A DNA stretch of 56,607 bases, taken from IMG/VR virus record IMGVR_UViG_3300047567_000058, positions 144,405 through 201,011 of that record; one strand, written 5' to 3'. How positions within the stretch are numbered: the stretch's first letter is position 1; every line of letters starts with the position of its first letter. Source of the DNA: a virus. Its lineage: Duplodnaviria > Heunggongvirae > Uroviricota > Caudoviricetes. The notes under the pieces are model-generated. The model worked only from the letters and a program-made list of their open reading frames with translations. It had not been told where the DNA came from and did not search any database. This document shows, in pieces, positions 49,845 to 56,607 of the stretch. Both the position numbers and the translations under genes were made by a program.

Positions 49845-51668
49845 TCACTTGCGACGGATTAGGTCTTTGACGCCGAGGTTGTTCGTGATGAACTGGTTGC
49901 TGGTGGCAAGAAGCCCGATGATCGAGATGCAGCTCTTCATGATCTCGGAGTCGGTTTCGGTCGAATTGATGATGCTGGTGTCTTTGAATGACTCGAATCT
50001 GTGGGCTTTGAGGTTGTATATCTCGGAGTCGGAAAGGCATCTTGCGATGGTCTTCCTGACCTCGCGCTCAGTCAGATAGGAGTTGTCGAGGACATGTCGG
50101 TAGCTTTCGAGGAAGGCGTCTTTGATGAGGGATACGAAATACCCGAAGAACGCTTTGTCTTCGATATGCGGGAATTTGGCTATGAGATCGGCGGAGATGT
50201 CGTCCTTGTGATCAGTAAGGATCTTCGGGATCATGAGGTTTCCGCCAGGGATGTATCCATGCTCCATGGCCGATTTAGACGCATAGATGGCGTCTTCGAT
50301 GAGGCGGTCTTTGCTGAGCTTCTCGGCTAGGGACTCTCCTCCGATGTGATAGACGACGGCGTTGCCTTCAAGATGGGAAAGCCTCTTGGTGAGATGGAAG
50401 ATCTTGACTTCGTCATCGGTGGTGCGGAGCTTGATCGCTCTGAGCTCATCGAGATCCGATTTGATCTTCGTGGTGACTTCCTTGATATCGTCTACGGCCT
50501 TCTGGCCTTTGCGATCGGATAAGTCGCTCGACGAATAGCAGATCATGGTCGTCTTGCTTTGGGTGATCGTGGCTTTCTTGACCGCTCCGATGAATTGCTC
50601 GGCGTTATTCTCGATCTCGTCTGGCGTGTCGACGAATTTGTCATAGATCTTGCATCCGGACATGAGAGCGAGATCGTCGATCGTGTTGATGCTTGATTTG
50701 GTGATGCTGTCGATATCGACTACCGTGAAAACGAGCTCAGGCTTCTTGTCGATGATGTTCCTGGTCTGAAGGTGCATCAGGCGGTTGGTCTTGAAGAAAG
50801 TAATCGCGTCGTCGTCGAATGCGTTGGCAACGATTATGAGCTCTCTCGATTTGTTTCCGGTGGCGTATCCGAGAATGGGCGCCACGATGGGTGAGATGTC
50901 GTCATAGGTGATGGTTCCTTTGAAAAGGAAGATCAGCGGATCGTCATGATAGACGGTTCCATCGGGGCGGTTATAGGCGAAGCACTTGTCGATATAGCCT
51001 CTGTCCCATTCGATGCCCTGCTGCTTCTCAAGCGTATCGACGGCATAGTTGCCGGTGGTGTCTCTGTCGACGAATCCGTATTTTCCGGCGATCTGATAGG
51101 CCTCTTTGATCTTCTTGCCGATAGCCGGATCGTTGTTGGTGGCAACTGTGGCGATGGTTTCGATCTGATGCATGTCGTCGCTGACCTGAATAGCATCCTT
51201 CTCAAGATAAGAATCGATCTCGATGCTCATCTCTTTGAGGATATCGACGATATCCTTCGGAGCCACCTTGCGGAAATATTTTTTATTTCCCTTGTCGGTG
51301 AGCGCCTGGTAAAGCGACGAAGCGATGACGATCGCCGAAGTCGATCCGTCTCCGACGGTGGTTACCTGGGAGCTGGCGACTTGGCGGACGATATCGAGAA
51401 CGGTGTTGGCGACTTCGTCGTCGAACATCATCTTGTTGATGATGTCGTATCCGTCTTTGGTGCAGAGATGCTTCTTCTCAGGATCCTGAATGACCGTGGT
51501 TGAGCCATAAGGCCCAAGAGACGCGCAGAGGTTCTTGGCGATGATCTCAAGAACGGATCTGATCTTGCGCTTTGCGATATCCTCTTCGGAAACGTTGGTG
51601 GCGTATTGAACGGCCAGGCCATTCTCCTTGAGGCAGATGTATTGGTTCGTTTTGTTTCGTAATTTCAT
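49845..51668 (-). CDS. groEL: Phage GroEL-like chaperonin
   Basis: SLGPYG, TKDGY, VGDGSTSA, IEDAIYA and GYIPGG. It lacks the GGM tail. Confidence 0.92.
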   Translation of the reverse strand: MKLRNKTNQYICLKENGLAVQYATNVSEEDIAKRKIRSVLEIIAKNLCASLGPYGSTTVIQDPEKKHLCTKDGYDIINKMMFDDEVANTVLDIVRQVASSQVTTVGDGSTSAIVIASSLYQALTDKGNKKYFRKVAPKDIVDILKEMSIEIDSYLEKDAIQVSDDMHQIETIATVATNNDPAIGKKIKEAYQIAGKYGFVDRDTTGNYAVDTLEKQQGIEWDRGYIDKCFAYNRPDGTVYHDDPLIFLFKGTITYDDISPIVAPILGYATGNKSRELIIVANAFDDDAITFFKTNRLMHLQTRNIIDKKPELVFTVVDIDSITKSSINTIDDLALMSGCKIYDKFVDTPDEIENNAEQFIGAVKKATITQSKTTMICYSSSDLSDRKGQKAVDDIKEVTTKIKSDLDELRAIKLRTTDDEVKIFHLTKRLSHLEGNAVVYHIGGESLAEKLSKDRLIEDAIYASKSAMEHGYIPGGNLMIPKILTDHKDDISADLIAKFPHIEDKAFFGYFVSLIKDAFLESYRHVLDNSYLTEREVRKTIARCLSDSEIYNLKAHRFESFKDTSIINSTETDSEIMKSCISIIGLLATSNQFITNNLGVKDLIRRK

Positions 51669-52048
51669 TTGGATGCCCAGCTTTCGACGATGATCAGAGT
51701 CATGACGCCAGTAGTCTTGTCGTACTTGGTCTTGATGCCCATGTATTTGGCATTGTATTCGATGCGCCGAATGGCATCGGGATCGTTCTCGAACGCCGGA
51801 GACTTGACGAGGAAGACCCTCATCTCATTCTCCTCATCGGTACTGAGTATGCCAAGCTGCTCGACGACGTGGATCCCCTTGAAACTCGGGAGGAACGTGA
51901 TCGACTTCTGCGGGATGTACTCCGTCAGAAGCTTGTCGACGTCGTAGATGTTGTCGCTGTACTGGATAGAGTCCATCCAATTTTGCTCATTGATGGCTTC
52001 GTCTTCCGATATGCGGCAGACTTCCTTGAGCGCTTCTCGAATTGTCAT
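51665..52048 (-). CDS. Hypothetical protein
   Basis: 127 aa, coupled to the chaperonin gene. Not recognisably GroES. Confidence 0.65.
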   Translation of the reverse strand: MTIREALKEVCRISEDEAINEQNWMDSIQYSDNIYDVDKLLTEYIPQKSITFLPSFKGIHVVEQLGILSTDEENEMRVFLVKSPAFENDPDAIRRIEYNAKYMGIKTKYDKTTGVMTLIIVESWASK

Positions 52049-52055
52049 AGGTAAT

Positions 52056-52379
52056 TCACTTCCTTTTCGCGGATGGATTATTCTTTCCCGCGGTGCTGTT
52101 TGGCGCAGATACGTATGCCGGAGTAAGCGATTTGCTGGCTTTGGCTCTGCTCTTAGACATCAATTCTTTCTCTTTGATCTTGGCGGCCTTCAATTGCCTG
52201 AGCAACGATATTGGCATATTCATGATCTCAAGCAACGAGATTTGGCCTCCGAAGAGATCGAGATAAGTTACGATCTCCTCGGCTTTAGACTCTTTCAGGT
52301 TCTCCAACTCCTTCCGATTATTGATGATCGTCTGAATCTTATGGGCTTTGACGTCATCGGAGTCGTTGGAACTTATCAC
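52056..52379 (-). CDS. Small protein following the gp26-like gene (possible T4 gp51-like baseplate assembly factor); GTG start inferred
   Basis: ISLLEIMNMPI motif and its position after the gp26-like gene. Confidence 0.5.
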   Translation of the reverse strand: MISSNDSDDVKAHKIQTIINNRKELENLKESKAEEIVTYLDLFGGQISLLEIMNMPISLLRQLKAAKIKEKELMSKSRAKASKSLTPAYVSAPNSTAGKNNPSAKRK

Positions 52380-53614
52380 TACATCTTCCTGAAGATCAGT
52401 GTAAAAAGGATGCGCTCGATATTTACTGGAATATCGCCGATCTCTTTTCCGCATGCCGGGCATTTGACGTCCTTGACGGAATAGGTGATGTGATAATTCT
52501 CGATCATCTCGGTGGTGATTTGCGTAAGGGCATTCGCATCATCGATGTCCATCTCATCCACGATTCTTATGATCTTCTGAGAATCGGTTATTTCGTCGTA
52601 TATGATATCGCCGCCCGGGAGTCTAGACGGGACGAAGAAGGATCCGATTGACAGAATGGTGCTGATGTATGACGGATTGTTAGACTTAGCCTGAGCGACC
52701 TTGTCTGGGATAGCTCTGAGGAAAACGAGCATGTCATGCAGGCTTGGCATCTTGAGCTTCACTCCGATTCCGCTCTTAGGAAGCTTATAGCTTCTGACTT
52801 CGCTCAAAAGCGAATAAGTCTTCATGTCGTTGGCGGTAGTCGCGTTCTTCGAGACTTGGTCAAGGCGTTCTTTCATCTTTTCTTTGTCGGCGGTCTTGAC
52901 GAGGTTTCTGCAACTTAGCGGGAACTGGATGGTCTTTCGGCAATATGGGCAGTCCATGCTGGCCACTCCATCATCGCCGAACGTTGAGCAATAGAGGCCG
53001 TAATAGAACGTCTCGAGATCTCCGATTGACGTATTGGAAAGCCATTCGTCGAATGTCATCTTTCCAGCCGACGTCTCGAGAATTTTGTCATAAAGGATGT
53101 TGAACACGAGCTTCTTGCTCTCGAATGAGTTCAGAGATGAGTTATACAGATCGACGAAGTCGCTGTTGACCAGAGGCGAAATCTTGGCGATGTACCCGGA
53201 TTGCGCTGCGACGATTTGGAACGCCGACTTTCCGGCATAGAGCGCATGCTTGATGTCGCCTTCGATGTCAAGCTCATTTCTGGCAGTCGTTCTCTTTACG
53301 GTCGACAAATCAAACGGAACGGCCTTTGTCTTGGTCTGATCTTCCTTCGGCTCGACGGTGATCTCGGCTCCCGATTCGTCGCCATCGTCATAGTCGTCGA
53401 CATCGCTGTCGAACATGACGGTGCTTGAGAAATCGGCGTCGCTGAGATTGTATAGCGGGCGCTCATAATCCGTTTCGATATCGGATTGCTTCTTTAGCGA
53501 TTCGGTCACTTTGGCGATCGTTGGATCTGACGGAGCGCTATCTTTGGACTCCTTGATCTCAACGGTGTCTTTAACCTCGACGTTGTCTGCTGGCTTCTGA
53601 TTATTTTCTGGCAT
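52379..53614 (-). CDS. Baseplate hub assembly / tail chaperone protein (T4 gp26-like)
   Basis: GDLETFYYGL..CPYC, LKMPSL and CPACG..F pattern, with an acidic N-terminal extension. Confidence 0.7.
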   Translation of the reverse strand: MPENNQKPADNVEVKDTVEIKESKDSAPSDPTIAKVTESLKKQSDIETDYERPLYNLSDADFSSTVMFDSDVDDYDDGDESGAEITVEPKEDQTKTKAVPFDLSTVKRTTARNELDIEGDIKHALYAGKSAFQIVAAQSGYIAKISPLVNSDFVDLYNSSLNSFESKKLVFNILYDKILETSAGKMTFDEWLSNTSIGDLETFYYGLYCSTFGDDGVASMDCPYCRKTIQFPLSCRNLVKTADKEKMKERLDQVSKNATTANDMKTYSLLSEVRSYKLPKSGIGVKLKMPSLHDMLVFLRAIPDKVAQAKSNNPSYISTILSIGSFFVPSRLPGGDIIYDEITDSQKIIRIVDEMDIDDANALTQITTEMIENYHITYSVKDVKCPACGKEIGDIPVNIERILFTLIFRKM

Positions 53615-53648
53615 AGATGCATCTCCGATGTCTTTCCTTATTCATTCA

Positions 53649-54059
53649 TCAATACGTCTCGTTTACCACATGCGGGATCCCGTCTTGGACCTCAACCAGC
53701 CAGTATGCCGTGAAGTTATCGTTGGCGGTGGCTGCTTCTACTTTAAATCCTAACACGAACCGTCCATTTTTGCTATCATCTTCTACAAGAGACACCTCGG
53801 CATTGACGTTATCCACAGACGGAACATATAGGCTGATCTGGCGCTGAAGATCGGATTTTATGGTATCCATGGTCTCGCTATCGCCAAGATCAAACTCATA
53901 TTTGCTGATGTCCAATCCCAAGGATGGGGTAAGCGGGAAGTTTTCCGGTCGGCTGAGAATGATGTTCCTGATAGCTAAAACGGTCGCTGATGCGCCGGTG
54001 TATTCCTCAAGGGAGCCATTCGATCCATTATTGAGCGTAAAGTCTTTGTATTCAGTCAT
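53649..54059 (-). CDS. Baseplate wedge/sheath initiator (T4 gp25-like)
   Basis: AIRNIILSRP..P..PSLGLDISKYEFD..IKSDLQRQISLYVP. Confidence 0.75.
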   Translation of the reverse strand: MTEYKDFTLNNGSNGSLEEYTGASATVLAIRNIILSRPENFPLTPSLGLDISKYEFDLGDSETMDTIKSDLQRQISLYVPSVDNVNAEVSLVEDDSKNGRFVLGFKVEAATANDNFTAYWLVEVQDGIPHVVNETY

Positions 54060-54137
54060 GGCCGAAACCCCCATGGGATGGTCTTCGTATAATGGATAGT
54101 TGACGGGATTTTTAATTTTTGGGAGCAAAATGGCCGG

Positions 54138-54190
54138 AACAACCAATTAGAATCACGGCATTTTCTGGACCCTTTGGGAACAACAAATTA
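54138..54190 (+). promoter_or_regulatory. Tandem late promoter motifs (54138-54149 and 54179-54190)
   Basis: AACAACCAATTA and AACAACAAATTA. Confidence 0.6.
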
Positions 54191-54392
54191 TGGTTGGCGA
54201 TCGCGTCGCCTCCTTCTTCTCCCTCCTAAGAAAGAAGAAAGGGACATAAAGAAGTAAAGAAGTACCTACTCTCTACATCTACCGGCACGGATACAACCAA
54301 GAATACATACTACTATGCATACATATGCATACTGATAAATGAAATCGAGTATGTAACCATATACTAGTAGTAGTAAAAGAAGGTTCAACAAC

Positions 54393-55109
54393 ATGCAACA
54401 AGCAATCAATCCTATCCTAGACAAAGGATCCGCATCGGTCCAGCGAGCGCCAGAGAAGTCAACGACTGTTGCGCTTGATGTATCGGCATTCGATTATTCC
54501 GAATACGGAATCAATGCGAAGCAGCTGGCTGACAACAAGATCGTCACCCTTATCGAGAAGACGGTTCGCACTTCTCCGGAATACCGTCGTTACATCAACT
54601 ATCTGAAAGAGAATATCAATCTAAACTCCTGCGCGCTTATGCCAGGTCTCAATTCAGACGATATGGATATCTCCATCGAATTCCACCATTATCCGTTCAC
54701 CCTATACGATATCTGCAAAGTGGTTGCGGCTAGCATGTTCGATGATACCAGCCATTCCGACGATCTCACGTTCTCAGCGTTTCAGATCGCGGAAAGAGTC
54801 ATGAATGAGCACTATTGCGGAAATGTTGGATTGGTTCCGCTGTCAACGACCATGCACGAGCTTGCCCATAGCGGCGGGATAGTCATCCCGCTTAGCAAGG
54901 TCAATGGCAACTTCGCCGACTTTTACATCAAATACCACAAATACATCACTGACGATCTCGAGTCTAAAGTCGAGTTAGCCAAGTCATGCACCGACGCGGA
55001 TGCCATCGAATCCATCAACAAAGCAAAGCTCGATAAGAACATCATCCGCCTGAAGATACGATACGGAAACGACGACTTCTCCGAAGTCGATGACGAAGAC
55101 AAAGCCTGA
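54393..55109 (+). CDS. Conserved jumbo-phage protein with an HNH-like His motif (paralog of 39919-40530)
   Basis: VRTSPEY..IEFHHYPFTLYDI..GLVPLSTTMHELAH. Confidence 0.7.
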   Translation: MQQAINPILDKGSASVQRAPEKSTTVALDVSAFDYSEYGINAKQLADNKIVTLIEKTVRTSPEYRRYINYLKENINLNSCALMPGLNSDDMDISIEFHHYPFTLYDICKVVAASMFDDTSHSDDLTFSAFQIAERVMNEHYCGNVGLVPLSTTMHELAHSGGIVIPLSKVNGNFADFYIKYHKYITDDLESKVELAKSCTDADAIESINKAKLDKNIIRLKIRYGNDDFSEVDDEDKA

Positions 55110-55163
55110 TCTATCGGATCCGGCTTTTTTTTTAAATTTTCCCCTGGCGAAGACATGGCCTCG

Positions 55164-55175
55164 AACAATCGATTA
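55164..55175 (+). promoter_or_regulatory. Late promoter AACA-N6-TA giving a near-leaderless transcript
   Basis: AACAATCGATTA, then T, then ATG at 55177. Confidence 0.7.
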
Positions 55176-55176
55176 T

Positions 55177-56607
55177 ATGTTTGTATTCAAAGACAGCGAG
55201 CAGACAAAGTTAGTCCAAACCGTGGCATCATCGTCGACGTTCATATCGTCGGTTGCTGGAAACGTCAAGAAGTACATACTCGATAAATTCCCCAAGAACT
55301 ACTTCAAGCACATCTACGTCGATACGGCCAGCACCGAATCGGAGCGATCTAAGAATGCCTTGACCGGAAACGGATTGAATAAGATCAGCTATCCGGATAT
55401 CACCTTCAGCCCGGAGATCACTATCGATGATCCCGTTGGCATAGGAAAGATCCCGCAGATATCATCGCCTAACCTATATCTTTTCAAGAATGTAAATAGC
55501 AACTACACCAAAGTTGTCCTTGATCCTAACATGAAGTTCGGGGTCTATTGCTCAAAAGACTACATCACCATAAATTTCAACGTGAGCATTAGGACTAACT
55601 CGTACATTCAAAACTCTGATATCGTTCATTACATTAAGTCAGCATTCCAGCTTGGAATGTTCTGTTATTACAACAGTCAGATGATAAATGTCGAGATACC
55701 TAAGACATTCGTAGACGTTGTTTCTAAGCTGAAGGGATTCGACATATCAACTGAGAACGGACGAGTTTCCGAAGAAGAGTTCTTAGCTGGAACCGGAAAG
55801 AGATTCGGCGTCGTTACAATGAAGACAAATCCTACAACAAACAAGACCGGTTATTTCTATAATGAGAGAACCAACCTCCTTATAACCGTCCAGGATCTTA
55901 ATGCCCAAGGAACCATATCCAGGGAAAGCATGGCTGAAGGCATATACGAGATAACCGCCAGAGTCCAAGTATCCACATTCCTTCCTAACGCTTTCATCAT
56001 GAGCATAGACAATACCGAATTCAGCGCGATAGCCGATGACGTCACTGTGAAAGCAGATCTTAACGGCGAGAGCACCGAATCCTCGATCGGAGAAGGAATC
56101 TACACGATGGCGCTTAATCCTCTTACCTTGATTTCCAAGGAGATGAAGACTTTCACGTCGACCATCGGAGAGACATTCATCGCCCAAAACGTCATGCACA
56201 AGCTCTTCACCATGGAAGAAAATCAGGATACGACCAGCATAAACATAATGGATTACATGGTGTCCGATTTCAAGAAAGCACACGCATATGCCGTAAGCAA
56301 GAACATCGATCTAACAACTTTGGTAAGAGTCGAGTTCTATACCTCTGGAAGCGAGGTAGCCGCCGATCCGGATTATACGAATATGACTCTCAGCATCAGC
56401 GGAGGAATAGATGGCGATTTCGTCATTGACGTCTATGTCAATCGTGCCTTGCTTGAATCGTTGCTCAAAGCGGAAGCAAGCGACACGTTCTTCTTCGCTG
56501 ACAATGCGATGTCCGTCATGCATTTCACATATACCGGAACCGATGGGACGACAGTCGATCTTCCTGTCAGGGTGTATTCGTTCAGAGATTCGACGGAAAT
56601 GGCGTCA
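55177..56607 (+). CDS. Probable virion structural protein, truncated at the window end and absent from the ORF track
   Basis: The frame from ATG 55177 (MFVFKDSEQTKLVQTVASS..KFPKNYFKHIYV) appears open to the end of the window (spot-checked). Confidence 0.75.
   Translation, partial: MFVFKDSEQTKLVQTVASSSTFISSVAGNVKKYILDKFPKNYFKHIYVDTASTESERSKNALTGNGLNKISYPDITFSPEITIDDPVGIGKIPQISSPNLYLFKNVNSNYTKVVLDPNMKFGVYCSKDYITINFNVSIRTNSYIQNSDIVHYIKSAFQLGMFCYYNSQMINVEIPKTFVDVVSKLKGFDISTENGRVSEEEFLAGTGKRFGVVTMKTNPTTNKTGYFYNERTNLLITVQDLNAQGTISRESMAEGIYEITARVQVSTFLPNAFIMSIDNTEFSAIADDVTVKADLNGESTESSIGEGIYTMALNPLTLISKEMKTFTSTIGETFIAQNVMHKLFTMEENQDTTSINIMDYMVSDFKKAHAYAVSKNIDLTTLVRVEFYTSGSEVAADPDYTNMTLSISGGIDGDFVIDVYVNRALLESLLKAEASDTFFFADNAMSVMHFTYTGTDGTTVDLPVRVYSFRDSTEMAS

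Noticed and set aside
1488-53847. Numerous long plus-strand ORFs antisense to real genes (e.g. 1788-2459, 5867-6664, 23431-24411, 33774-34673)
   Set aside because: Shadow ORFs produced by the codon bias of the minus-strand genes, with no motifs.
1-56607. Stop-codon reassignment, tRNA or rRNA genes, reverse transcriptase
   Set aside because: Genes end in TAA, TAG and TGA with high coding density under the standard code. No tRNA cloverleaf or rRNA was recognised by eye, and no RT motif set is present in any ORF within the window.

Overview
The window is a gene-dense, mostly minus-strand segment of a jumbo myophage of the AR9/PBS1/phiR1-37-like type that encodes its own multisubunit RNA polymerases. 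It looks close to 50% GC by eye and uses the standard genetic code; a CdaA-type diadenylate cyclase and a LASC lipoprotein point to a Bacillota host (inference). Core genes: split RNAP beta-prime subunits from two sets, a probable sigma-like subunit, a family-B DNA polymerase, primase, an SF2 helicase, prohead protease, major capsid protein, neck and baseplate proteins, and a GroEL-like chaperonin. Accessory genes: a diadenylate cyclase, ribosomal protein bS21 (absent from the ORF track), a restriction-endonuclease-like ORF and an intact TnpB. An AR9-type late-promoter motif (AACA-N6-TA) precedes many structural genes. The most unusual items are (1) a non-coding array of at least 1.1 kb at the left edge, with a recurring triloop hairpin showing compensatory changes and separated by unique structured spacers, whose partner protein (possibly a reverse transcriptase) would lie outside the window; (2) an apparently identical TnpB-less copy of the omegaRNA cassette with a different guide, 29 kb from tnpB; and (3) a polar GG-(A/T)15-16-CC motif recurring every few kb. 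Several essential genes carry single-base frameshifts, often at C/G runs, which are probably sequencing errors. All calls come from motif recognition by eye; no searches were run.
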